Shown in pieces: positions 34,662-47,100 of a DNA stretch of 64,000 nucleotides. Under the pieces are notes generated by a model. It was not told the origin of the DNA. It worked only from the letters and a program-made list of their open reading frames with translations, and searched no databases. Both the position numbers and the translations under genes were made by a program. Every line of letters starts with the position of its first letter. Position 1 is the first letter of the stretch. The DNA lies in NCBI RefSeq assembly GCF_037042905.1, contig NC_087249.1:28272001-28336000 (forward strand), given 5' to 3'. Origin of the DNA: Lytechinus pictus. Lineage: Eukaryota.

Positions 34662-37525
34662 TGGCCCAGAAGTACTCGTTTCAATTAGCCCCACAAAATT
34701 ACAGTCATGGGTCCGTTTCATGAAGCTAACAATTTTAAAATAACAGTCAAAAGCTACTGAAATCCTTCAATCTGATTGGCTGATAGTAAATTTGTTACAG
34801 AAATTGTACATTTTGTCATAAAAAGTCTATATGAAACGGGACCCTGGTAAAAGAAGATAACTTTTCAGAAGTTGATAAGAAGTTTGAAATAACTATTTAT
34901 GTATATCTTTACATTTATTCTTTCTTTTGACTTGCGAGGATCTCTGACCGACCCATGGCTATGGGAGTAGTGAATGGGTCTTAAAGTAATGGTGTGAGCA
35001 CTTCCCTGGTTGGCTAATTCAGTGCCTTAGATGATGGCTAAATATACTCTATAAAAAACTCAAACTTTTCGCATTCTTCGCAATGCCAGACTGGGAGAGA
35101 ACCTTTTACATGTAATTTTTGTTTCACCTTTCTAGTTTGAAAGGTGCAAAGTAGCACCTCGAGGTCTAAAGGTACTTCAGCACCAGAACTGTGCAAACTT
35201 GCACCATTGAAAGATGCTTCACATGTGGCATTGCATTGCAACTTACAAGCTTTTCCTTTTCCTATATACATGTGTATCCAAATTATATTATCAAAATAAT
35301 ATGCTTTATATAGTTTTGAATTTCGCGTTTATGAAATTGATGTGAATTGAAAAATTTATATATTATACAGGTCAATTTAGATGTTTATGTTTGTTTCATT
35401 AGTCTTTAGAAACAGTTTTCTTTTCAGACTGATCAACTTTTTTTCTTCGATACTTAAACCATTCGATATTGTATCTGAAATCAAACATTCTTAAATTGAT
35501 TAAAAGAAAGTCTTTTTTATGATATGCAGCTGGCTGTACTTTTATATTGGAGTGTTTTTATCTTCCATTTTGTATATATTACAATTTGGTGCTTTTGTAT
35601 TCGAATGTATTCGAAAAGCCTAGGTCCGGTTACATAAATACCGATTATTATGGTAACTTTAATTAATTTTGATTGGTTGATGAGCCGTGTCTATCATGAT
35701 ATTGATATATCATAAATAACAAAGCTATCATAATAATAAATCTGTACACAATGAGACCTTGGAGTGCAGTTATTTGTACAATTTAACTATTAAGGGCTTG
35801 CTATATGTATCATACATGTATATTCGTTTTGTGTCTTTTTATTATAAATACTTTTTCGAATCTATGTTAAATGATGCACTGTGGCACATTGTTATTAAAG
35901 TGAAATATGATATATGCCAAGAAAATCGCTCATACGAAGAATTATGTTCTCCTTTTATTAAAGGCCGTGTACAAAAATCAGTTAAATACATTCAAATGTT
36001 ATCCCTTTCATACGAAATTTGACAATTTAGTACGTTATTTGTGTATGGTACTAGAATAATTCATACAGGCCTACATTTTCGTCAATTAATCTAAATATTC
36101 TTCTATCATTAACTGAATTTGTAATGTCAGAAATGCAAATTGGAATATTGATGTTATTTCAGGATACGACAAACATTACAAGCCAATATGCCCGATTATC
36201 TATAGCAATGTTTCATTTTCTTTTTTGAAGTGAATATTACATATTTAGATTATTTGGTGAAAAGCTTCGAGTAAAATAAGTATGTTTATGCATGAAATCG
36301 AATCAGTCTTTACAAACTTGTGCCAGGTCGAACAATTCTGGGGGAAAAAACTTGAACCAAAGGCAATGACGCCCCCAAATAAATGTTATCAATAAGTGTA
36401 AAATATCCACGAAATGATTAGGAGAAAATGACAATTACGTACATGTACCAGTTTTGGGGTCATACTATTTTTTTTGCACAACTATACTATATTAAACAAT
36501 ATTCTTGACTTGAAGAGCGCCATCATATAAATCAGTTGTGTTTTATATCCAGTGATTTTCATTCGTGGAAAATGGTAAATTGATTATTACTATAAAGTAT
36601 TATACATGTATTAGTGCTGTATAACCAGGGGCGGCACCAGTGCAAAGGGAAAAATGGATGGGCTTTGGGATGACTGCCCTTGATAAAACATCGGTAAAGG
36701 GAGAGATCCCTAAAGAGAGGGGGACGGTAAAAAATGCAAAAGATGCATACAAGAGAATACGGAGTCGTAGAAATGTATAATACCAATGTTTAAAAAAAAA
36801 TACGACATTATCTTTAGCATGTTAAGGTAATCGAGCCCTCTATTTATATGAAGAATCCTGGAGCCGCCCCCTACATTATATACACCTATGTAGTAATTGA
36901 TTGTGATGATTTATTTTATATTATTATAGATTAAAGATTTTTCTATTGACAAAATAAATGTAAAGCAGTATGTGGAATAATTATTTGTTTTCATATCCAA
37001 TATTTCATTTTCTTTTTTTAAACGGACATCATTTTAAAAATGGAGTAACTCCCCACCCCAATCACCCCCCAAAAGACCTATTTTGATAGAGCAAACAAGT
37101 ATCATAAAATCCACCAATCATTAAAAGTGCAATTTATACCAATGTCACTTTCATTACTATACATCACATTATATATTTCGTAAGAAAATTGTGATTTAAC
37201 AAAAATGTTAGAATTCGACCTTTTACAAAATTGTGAACTATTGACAGAACAATGCTTGTTCAGTCATTCAACTCAAATCGGCTTTTAATGTCCTTAGCGG
37301 TTGGAGGAGTGGTTTAAAACAATATAAGATTAAAATGAATCGTGATTCATACATGCATTTGCGGTTTATCATATTTCTTTGTCTTCACTAATAGCGTTTG
37401 ATAGGTGTAATATTCTCAATAAGATGTTACGGTTTTCTGTTACTCTTTTGTTTGTACTTTCACCTTTACAGTAGGATTTTGTTCATGTAGGTTTGTTTAT
37501 TTATTCCCCCTTCATGTTTTCATTC

Positions 37526-38082
37526 GGGTTACGTTCGTTATGCCGATGGTTCGTTAATCCGAAAACGAAATAAGGTTCGTTATTCCGAAAGTTCGTTAGC
37601 CGAAAACGAAATAAGGTTCGTTATTCTGGAAGTTCGTAGGTCCGAAAATGATATAAGGTTCGTTATTCCGAAAATGAAATATGGTTCCTTAATCTGAAAA
37701 ATGAAATAATCTGTGGCGAAGCTGGGAAAATAGGAAGGGCAAGCGTGGTGGAGGAGGCCCGTGCCTTCCCATCCTCATAACAATTGAACAGCAACAGTGT
37801 TTCTCCGCCTCCCCCCCCCCCCCCCACCACCACGCTTGCCCTTCCTGTTTATTGCATTTATCAGATTAACGAACCTCATATCGTTTTCGGACTATAGGAG
37901 CTTCGGAATAACGAACCCTATTTTGTTTTCGGAATGACGAACTTTCGAAATAACGAACATTCGTAATAACGCCACAAATGTTCGGATTAACGAACCCCTT
38001 TTCGTTTTCGGATTTACGTGTTTCGAACCTTCGGAATAAAGAACATTCGGAATAACGAGCCTTTGGAATTACGGACTGTTAC
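37526..38082. mobile_element. Foldback element with GTTCGTTATTCCGAA subrepeats
   Basis: The left arm has tandem GGTTCGTTA(A/T)TCCGAAA units and the right arm has inverted TTCGGAATAACGAAC units; inner inverted repeat GGGCAAGCGTGGTGG / CCACCACGCTTGCCC. Confidence 0.8.
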
Positions 38083-41000
38083 CTTCATTACTCTATCTCC
38101 ATGTCTCCCGGCCCGCGCTCATAATATCGTTACATGCCCCCTCTCTCGTCTCCCATCCCTTAGTCCTAGCTTACTTTACCCCGTTCCAATCCGAATCCCT
38201 ATTTTCCCTCCCATCTCTCCTCCTCTCGTAATATTGTTCCATCTTCATTGGCATTCACACTTCCTCTTACCTTTGTAACAATACACTGACGTAACAATTG
38301 CATTGACATAGTCATGTGATCGCTCAGAATATACCTAACAATACCTTGAACTTCGGATAACCAGTAAATCGTTTTCCCACTACATAAGCGTCTCACTTAT
38401 CAACTAATTCGTCGCGTACTCGCGTTCAAACGTACTACCCATAATTTGTGAAAACATTATTGCATTATTGTTTCATGTAATAAAAAAACATATCTTGAAC
38501 GTAAATAGACTCAAAATTTTCATATCTCTCACCAAACAGGATTTTCGAGAGGTTAGAACAATTCGTTCGTATTGGTGGCAACTACATCGTTTAAAAAGAA
38601 GTTGAGTTAATTAGCTTTCGCCACAAAATAACTGTAAAAAGGACTTGATATGAAACTCCTCCTTCTCTATTAATAGTTTGCAGTCAACGTTGTTGGATCT
38701 TCCACTTTGGGTATTAAATCGTAGAGGCTGCCATACAATTAACAATAACTGCAATTTCTTTGGATTTATTTATGAGTTAGCATGCTCACCAGACAAGACA
38801 TCGAAACATCCTGAGATAAACCCGAATGTCAGTCGGACAGTACATTCATGACGTCATTACAAACTTTTTGTTGTTGTTGCTTCCTTTTTCTACCGGTATG
38901 ATTCATTCCTATCTATTGTTTTCCGACCAAATACTAGTCTAATCTCAAACCCCCTCATTTGAAATAAATCCGACATTCCATAACCATTCCGTCAGTGTTA
39001 AGCTGAGGGAGAGAGCCCCCATTCGCATGGAGAATGTAGTCCAATGGAACGAAATATGTTTAGACAATCATTCTAGAATTTCAAAGAATACCCGACGCAT
39101 TCAGACGGACAAGAGTTGCGGATCAAGACTAGTTGACACCTGCACGTTGCTTGAGTCTCCAACAGCCTGTCATCATTCAAACCACCTTGGTGCGAGAAAC
39201 AGTGAGCTCCTCTCACCTTGCGTTAGGATTAGGTACATCACTGAAAGATTGTCAAAACTTTCGAAAATCCAGATGAAAGTCTTCGATTTCGCATGGGACA
39301 TTATACTCCTTTCTGTACATTTATCTAGACCTATACTTGAACTCCGATGATCATATGCCCGGATCTTACGCTTGTTTTCGAGTTTGTGACCCACCCCTTG
39401 GGTGCTCCTCTGTGTGAGTAATGCTTGGGGGAATGTGACCAGTTGATAGCATGTGCCACACTGGGAATAAGACCTAAATGACAAATGCGATAGCGTAAAC
39501 CCTTTCACTGATCAGTTCACGAGGTGCGTTTATGTAATTGATGACTAAAAAGAGATTTCTTCCCTATTCTTGTGAAGTGGATTCATGGATTCTTGTGGAT
39601 ATTCTATTTGGAAAACCAGAGTTTGTTTTCAAAGTGCTCACTTGCAGGTGGACCCAATGTTGGAATTATGTTGAATTAACACTGCAGAGTTTACTAGTCA
39701 GCATCGTAAGCTGTAAGACTTTTGAAGATATATCCACGTAATAATTATCAAAGATCCAAGGTAAGATCCGTAACGATTTATCATAGTTCAACAGAGAGTG
39801 CAAAGAAGATTGGAATTAAGTAATAATGTACAGACCGACACAAGCTCACACTATATCAGTAAGAGATATATATTTAAAGAGAATGAAACCCTTGAAACAA
39901 GTAAGCTTGCATTAAAACCGAAAAATGAGAGAAATGAAAGGGAAAAAAACATCGACAGACGATAATAAAAGTAATAAGCTTTCATGTCAATGCTATATTG
40001 AGATCCTTTCGTTGACAATCCGGCCAAGATTTGTGATGTCAAGTATCATCTCTTCCATTTGCATGCACACTGAAAATATAGGTTCTACCCCAAAACATAA
40101 TTTCTGCTCATTCCAATGAGAGGACAAAGTCTTTGTTTATATATGTTTTATATTACATGTCCTCCTATGAAAAACACTGATTTATGGATTGACTTTACAA
40201 AAGTGACAAATTAAAGTAAAATATGTAGAAAGGAAGTCGGGGAATTGTCTCAACATTCAAATGGTCATAACTTTCTTCATATCTTTTCATTTTTCTCAAA
40301 CTTTCACTGATTTGTTTCTAATGATTATCCCGGTTTTTTGTTTTTTTTGCAAAAGCTCACTTATTCCCAGTTTTTCATTTTCCTGTAATTACACTGCAAA
40401 AACGGCGGTGTTAATTTATCACCACACTCTTAAAATGTTGGGCAACGTACTATTCACACAACAATTGGTTGAAAAAATTATCCAACTCTGTGTAGTTTTC
40501 AACCAATACTGTGTAGTTTTCCCCCAAAGCACACATTATTGGTTTAAACTACCCAGAATTTGATAAAGTTTTAACCAATTGTATGGACGTACATTGACAA
40601 CAATGAACATTTTGAGATGATGTCAAGTGAGAGGAATTGTTTGCAAAAACCCAAAATGAGCTAGAGAATAGCCGTATGTAGGCGCACCATGGTTTCCATA
40701 TAATGTATACCGATACTTACAAATAAAAATGGTATACAGAAGGCATGGGGGAGAAAATGAAGCAGAGTCAAAACGGTTTAGTAAACAAAATGACCCCGGC
40801 AAATTACATGTGTTCCAATAAATTTCTAGAAAATCATAGTTCAGGAAGGATATATGCCTCTGTCCCGAGCTCCCAGGGAGAAATAGTCTTTTCCTGATGT
40901 GGTCAACCCGACGCGCCGTTAGGGCATTTTTGATTATTTACTTGTAACCTAAAAAGCATAAGTAACCCATAGCCAAGGGCCAGGCGTGGGTAAGTTTTGA

Positions 41001-42286
41001 TTCGGACTTGTTATATTTTTATACTTGATTGTCTACTACAATTTCATTAAAGCATTGCTTGAAAATTAATCAAAGTAGCCAAGAATCACAGTACTGGGTG
41101 TATATGATAAATTATAAATCATCGACATTTCTTGGTTTGCTCTCTTGAACGCACCGTATATCAACAAAATAATCTGTCAGCATGTACCTATTATTGAATG
41201 TACTTCTTGTGTTTTATATTGATTTACAGCTCAAGGAATCTTACATTACACAAACATAACATCTTATTTTCTTTTGTAAATATCTAAATTATTACACTGT
41301 ACATAGTGCCACTCTCGATAAGAAAGGCATGAACATAGATAGGGAAGAAAGTGTACTTTGATTCAGAGGAAGATGTCAATAAAAATTGAAAAGAAATGAG
41401 AATTGACGTTATCAGAACAGTCTCACGAGCAAACCTGACTATGACCTGCAACTGAACTTTGTAAAGGATGTCGAGTAACAACATCTAAAACGCACCCTTG
41501 TGATTTTATTAAAAACAAAAATATTCAGGCTTACTATGTCAATAGTTCAAATCTCTCTCGACTTTGAAACACGATTTTGTCCTATTTCTTTGAAACTTCC
41601 AGTTTGAAAAAAAAGAAGATGTCATTTTATACAGCACTACGAAAATATCATAGAATACTTATACAAAAACCTCACTACAATTAAACTATTTGAAAATTAA
41701 CAAAGAATGTATATCTAAAAGCAAGATATCATCACTCATTTCACGCAAATTCTTGCTTGGACGCTGTCATCCTTTTCAATAAATATATCAATATTTCAGG
41801 TATGCCATCAGAAAGGCAATTGGGATTTTACACTTCAAAATCATGGAATTATTTCAAAATGTCAATCATTATTCAATCAAAGTTACGTATTCCATGAACT
41901 CGGCCATTTTCCGTGAACAATAACATAATTCAAAAGGGATGAATTTCAACAAGTTATTAACTTCTTGGAAGTTCTTCAAACCAAGGCAATGTGGTCACAA
42001 CCGATGATTGCGAAGGTTTCAGTCAAGAAAAGATGACATCATAGTTACTGTTCTTTGGCTGTGATTTCGCTCCTATATATCATCATTTCTGTTATGTCAT
42101 TAATGAGATGATATTTGATGATGACAGATTATGATGAAACTCTTCCTGTTGTTGTGGAATGCAAGAGTCTGGATTAGATTACTCGCTTCGTGGATGATAA
42201 GACACATGGGAATCCTTGTGGTGATATTACAGTTTCAATATTTAGGTTGTCAAGTTCAGCCCAAGCCGGTTGATATTCCAGAGTTT

Positions 42287-42556
42287 ACTCTCCAAATGCG
42301 TAGGAGCTAATCTGGTCCCTATATAATCATAGTGAGACGAGGGACCAATCATTTTGGAGTGAATTGTACATTGTATTAGAGTGCATTATAGCTCCTTTTA
42401 GAGTGAAAGTATCTTCAACGACGCACAGTTCACTCCAGACTAGGCTGTAATACACTCTACTAGGATGTACAGTTCACTCCAAAATGATTTATCACTCGTC
42501 TCACTTCAATAGGAGTATGTTATAGGGACTAGATTAGCTCTTCATATTTAGAGAGT
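42287..42556. mobile_element. Palindromic MITE (ACTCTC...GAGAGT)
   Basis: GAGCTAATCTGGTCCCTATA / TATAGGGACTAGATTAGCTC; AATCATTTTGGAGTGAA / TTCACTCCAAAATGATT. Confidence 0.75.
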
Positions 42557-43468
42557 ACATATTTTATGTATATCGATGTCCCTCCAATCGATGAGGAAGA
42601 GGGTGTGTGGAAACAGTGAATTATCTTTAAAGACATTATGGGCACGATTTTTTTTTTCTTTCAATGATCTTTTTATTTTCATAACTTCATATACATATAA
42701 CAAACATAATCATTATACATTGTACATATTATATACAAATTGTAAGGCAGTTGGGATTACTTATGGGCACGAATTGGTTTTATCCCTCAAGTTCTAGTTG
42801 AACATTGAGACTATGACTCTGCATCAGATACAATATGGTGGTACATGTATGTTAGATTATGTCTCCTTTCAACTAACTGACATTGCCGCTTTCCGACGAT
42901 CATGGCCATCATTGTAATGAGGCCTATATAGTATGATCATGATTTGGTACACGTTTTATTCACACCATATGGGACCTATAACGGAATATCAAATATCTGT
43001 CCTCGATACAATATACAGGGGTTGTTGCCTTTCGGTGGTCATGAAAAGATTTTTGATCCGTTGCTTGAGTGGACGCCATATACAGTGTTTGAGAATGTAG
43101 TAGGGTCCATCGTTTGAGTTTGATGACAGTAATTGTAAAAAAGGAAAGCTACCTTTGTAATGACATACGGATATGATAAATGACGACACAATTATTTGTA
43201 AAAAAAAAGAATGAATAAAAGTTTGCCATCATGGTGTTTTGAGCCAAATGGGCTAATTCCCAATATCGGCGCTGGTAAACGAATGAAAAAGATTAGTGTG
43301 ATAATTTATGTTCTTTTGCATGGTTATTCATTATTCTCAAACGAACGATAAATGAACGTCTTAAAATCCAATATCCTTTCTCGAAGTTACCGTTTAATAT
43401 AAGTTTTCAAAATGATTGATTAATGGATTATAACAACCACCTTTTCATTATGTATTCCCCAGGTAACA

Positions 43469-45205
43469 ATGTCTCCCACACACCCACTGACGTCCATCAT
43501 CTTCTTGATTTTCTCTGCCGATGTGATGGCCATGCCTATGATAGACAGAGTCCCTTCAAATGTCACTGTTAGACAAGGTCAGGACGCCCTCTTCGAGTGC
43601 AGAATAAGGTACTTGATAGGAGGCGAGGTCATGTGGATCAGGGGTCTTTCGGGACAGCTCATCAGCAGCAACACCGAAGTGTTACCAGGTGCCACGCCCA
43701 CCGCTGGTCAATACACTATCGAATCAGACGTGAGGAGGGGTGAATACAATCTAAGGATCTCCCAGGTACAAGCCGGCGATGCGGGAGAGTATCGATGTTA
43801 CTATCATGCGGGAAATTACTTTGGAAGCCATGGAGCTTATCTGGAGGTGCTCCTCCCACCTCCTGAAAGATACCCTGAATGTTCCGTACAGCATAGCAAT
43901 ATAAACCTTGCTGTTGGGGACACAGTTCAGTTTGTGTGTCTTTCACATCAAGGTGTACCACCTGCGTCTCTTACTTGGTACAAGAATGGTCAGTCGGTTG
44001 GACAGGTATACCACGAGGTCAATGAGCTTGAGATAGTGCTGGACTCTTTCGATATTGATGCCGAGTACGAGTGTCGCGCAGAAAGCCCTGCCATCACGCA
44101 ACAACGGAGGTGTACGACGCAATTAGCACTTGATAGTCCTATGGTCGTCATCCAGCCTTATAACCAGAAAGCCGAGGAGGGTGACACAGTGACGTTTCTT
44201 TGCAACAGAAGAGATAAGCCTAACGAGCACAGGTTTACTTGGTTCTTCCGAGGCGAACGCATAACTTCGGCATCATCAAGTAGGTTTAATATCAGCGATT
44301 ATAACAGGGCTTTGACGATCAAGAATATAACTGCAGCAGACAGTGGCGATAATATCAAGTGTGTGGTTCCCGTCCTTTCTTATAGGTTTACGGGTACAGC
44401 TAACCTCATGGTCAGCATCATCACTGGGGAAGTTGTTGGAACCTTGCCACCACCAAGATTAATCACAGATTCACCAACAGATCAGGAATCTTCTTCGATG
44501 GGTAGAAAAGGTGAACAAGATGTTTCCAGTCCTGGAATGTCTGTGGGCGCTGATGAATCGCAATCGCCAGATAAAACAGCCCTGTTCGTAATTCTTGGTG
44601 CAGGTGGCGGGTTGTTCATTGTCATATCAGCTATAGTTATTAACTTCGTCGTCATCAGGAGAAAGAAACACAAGAAAGATCAGCCGAACCCCAAATCGAA
44701 CATCAAACCTGTTGCCTCTGGGTTGTCATTGATGACTACAAAAGATTCCGAAAGGTCTCTGTCAAGCTCTGATTCCGTCGGCACATCAAAGACGGCAGTG
44801 ACGACGGTTACAGCGGCGCCATGCCCGAAGAAAGATCCTCATCCGAAATCAAATAAGACAGATAAATGTCAGTATGCTGAGTTGGATTCAAACGGGTTAA
44901 GATTGAGCGAATACCAAGGTCTCAATGCTCCTCCAATGACCATTTATGCCGAACCTATCATAACACCAACAAGATTGGTTCCCAGGCCTGAACATCAAGA
45001 TGGTTTCCATGACTACGCATTACCGGACATCTTGCCAGAGCTGGAAGCACCTCAAGAAGAGTATGTTGAACCTGATCCACCTCCTAGAAGCAAAAAGGAA
45101 GAACCTGAACCGCAAACACTTACGACTAAAGAAGCACCCAAGCCAGAGGAAAAGAAACTTTCTCAACAAAGTCCTGATGGTGTTTACATCGAAATTATAG
45201 CTTGA
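43469..45205 (+). CDS. Type I membrane immunoglobulin-superfamily receptor (signal peptide, V-set + two further Ig domains, TM, tyrosine-motif tail), 578 aa, single coding exon; kirrel/nephrin/CADM-like
   Basis: 578-aa ORF with an N-terminal hydrophobic signal and three C...W...C Ig units (FECRI..MWIR..DAGEYRC; FVCLS..LTWYK..EYECRA; FLCNR..FTWFF..DNIKC). TM ALFVILGAGGGLFIVISAIVINFVVI is followed by RRKKHKK. A splice acceptor at 43461-43462 lies just upstream of the ATG (5'UTR intron). Confidence 0.93.
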   Translation: MSPTHPLTSIIFLIFSADVMAMPMIDRVPSNVTVRQGQDALFECRIRYLIGGEVMWIRGLSGQLISSNTEVLPGATPTAGQYTIESDVRRGEYNLRISQVQAGDAGEYRCYYHAGNYFGSHGAYLEVLLPPPERYPECSVQHSNINLAVGDTVQFVCLSHQGVPPASLTWYKNGQSVGQVYHEVNELEIVLDSFDIDAEYECRAESPAITQQRRCTTQLALDSPMVVIQPYNQKAEEGDTVTFLCNRRDKPNEHRFTWFFRGERITSASSSRFNISDYNRALTIKNITAADSGDNIKCVVPVLSYRFTGTANLMVSIITGEVVGTLPPPRLITDSPTDQESSSMGRKGEQDVSSPGMSVGADESQSPDKTALFVILGAGGGLFIVISAIVINFVVIRRKKHKKDQPNPKSNIKPVASGLSLMTTKDSERSLSSSDSVGTSKTAVTTVTAAPCPKKDPHPKSNKTDKCQYAELDSNGLRLSEYQGLNAPPMTIYAEPIITPTRLVPRPEHQDGFHDYALPDILPELEAPQEEYVEPDPPPRSKKEEPEPQTLTTKEAPKPEEKKLSQQSPDGVYIEIIA

Positions 45206-46163
45206 TTGACGAGCTTTCAGGGCTATGTTAACTTTTTAAAATGAAGTGATGATATTTAGGAATTCATTTGAACAAGGACAGATGACGACAGCAATTATAA
45301 TCCGATCGGGGAATGTTGATGTATAGAATCTATCCATTGACAAAGAGGTCAAGTTGCCGAAGAGTATAAATTGAAGTAAAAATTATCCACTCATAAATTA
45401 GCCCATTTCGTTCCGAATCGAAGAAAATATAATGGAAAGATATATACATGTAGAGTAATAAGTAATACATGCGTTTAGAAAAAAGTCAACGATTCACGTA
45501 AAAAATCTGTAGAAGGTTATCTAGTCAACTTGGTCAAAGTATTGCTAAGTACTGAGATGAATAAGTTCTCATTTTTTGATAAATTATCCTTTCAAAATAT
45601 TTGACATCTTAAGTTAAAAGTGACGCTGGAGCGGGCGGAAATGAGTTAAAGCCTGAGTTTTTGGTATGAAGTTTCAATAATGTGAATTGTAGTGAGTAAA
45701 CTTTGATCTGATAATCAAATCATACAAGAGAGTAGTGACCGTTTTTCTTCTGTTGATTCGATATCAAAGTACCCTTTTCTTTTTTGCTATTCCAGCTATT
45801 AACGTAGCACTTAAGGGTGTAGTATATTTATTCATAATACTTCGTCAGGTGCCAATTCCACAATTATGTTAATAATTTGTATATATCGTTATTTTGTACA
45901 TATCTAATTATTTTGTGTAAAACCCCAGTGTAAATGAAATGTAACATAGTATAAAAAATAAAGCAGGCAAACAGAAAGTTCATTAATGGAAGATGTAAGC
46001 TTGATAATTTTGTACTGACAAAGACCCATTAGGACTTTAAGTCGTTTTCTTTCGACCATGATGACAATGTAGAGAAGTCAATGACGATACAGAAAGCAAA
46101 AGAGCCCACAGATTTTCCGCTTATATTTAAATGGATGAATATACCTTACAATATAAAAATACA

Positions 46164-46396
46164 CACTCTAAAAATCAAGAATTTAAACTAAATCCAGATC
46201 GGCTGTGGATAATGACCAGCCGAATGTTGGATTTATTTTAAATCTTTAGGATTAACTTTCAAATCTCAAAAGATTTAAATTCAAATCTTTTAGATTCATA
46301 TTTAAATCTACACGGTTTGAAACTAAATCTAATATTCGGCTGATTCACTTTTCACAGCCGATCTGGATTTATTTCAAATCCTTGATTTTTAGAGTA
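46164..46396. mobile_element. CACT-ended palindromic MITE
   Basis: CACTCTAAAAATCAAG..TAAATCCAGATCGGCTGTG / CACAGCCGATCTGGATTTA..CTTGATTTTTAGAGT. Confidence 0.8.
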
Positions 46397-46552
46397 CAAA
46401 CATTATATGACAAAATAAATACCTAAGATGATCAAAATAAGATAGAGCCTATATTTGGGAATAAACCATCTACCTATATTACGTTTATCTCCCTTACATA
46501 TAGTCCTCCGTATTCGTTTGCGTCACAGAATCGTGCTTGTGTTAAATCTTAA

Positions 46553-47100
46553 TGCGCAATTCCACCCCATCTGAAAAATCAAACAAGTACAATGCTATTT
46601 TTCAAAATAGAAATCGGATGTAAAAGAAGAAAAATATTGCATTCAAGATTTCGCTTATTTTTCACAAACAGTTATGAACAACACAGTGATTTGTAATATG
46701 TAAATGAGTGAGAGTCGATGTTACCCACTCACTATCCCTTTTGTATTTTATTACATGAATTATAGAATATTTCAATTATATTAAAGCCTATTCATGAATC
46801 GAAATAGGTTGCAACAACGACAATCCCACATTTTCTTTGGAAAAACAAATTTTGTTTCACATTATAATTAGGAATAATGATATGTATTCATATATCATAC
46901 AATAAAATACAAAGTAATCAGCGTGTGGAGGATCTAATCAGTTCTCTTATTTGCATACCGAGCAGGATGTACATAATATATATAAATATTTTAGGAAATT
47001 AAGCAAACCTTCAAAACTGTCAAATTTTACATCCGATTTGGATTAAATTTTTAGTGTTCTGCTACTTTTCATAAATTTTTTTGGGGGTGTATATGCCCTT
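46553..47100. mobile_element. Degenerate TTAA-flanked (Kolobok-like) non-autonomous element
   Basis: TTAA at both ends, CACCCC/GGGGTG subterminal inversion, AAATCGGATGTAAAA / TTTTACATCCGATTT; architecture parallels 54888-55441. Confidence 0.5.

Noticed and set aside
37526-38082. CRISPR-like short repeats
   Set aside because: The repeats are degenerate, switch orientation at the centre, lack unique spacers and have no cas genes; this is a eukaryotic foldback transposon.
39245-39300. Possible LINE RT remnant (minus strand FHLDFRK-FD-like)
   Set aside because: It needs a frameshift, and I could find no other RT motifs by eye; TBLASTN against LINE RTs would decide.
44185-44215. CACAGTG heptamer in the Ig gene as a recombination signal
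   Set aside because: There is no good ACAAAAACC nonamer at 12/23 spacing, it lies within domain 3 coding sequence, and the heptamer occurs several times elsewhere by chance.
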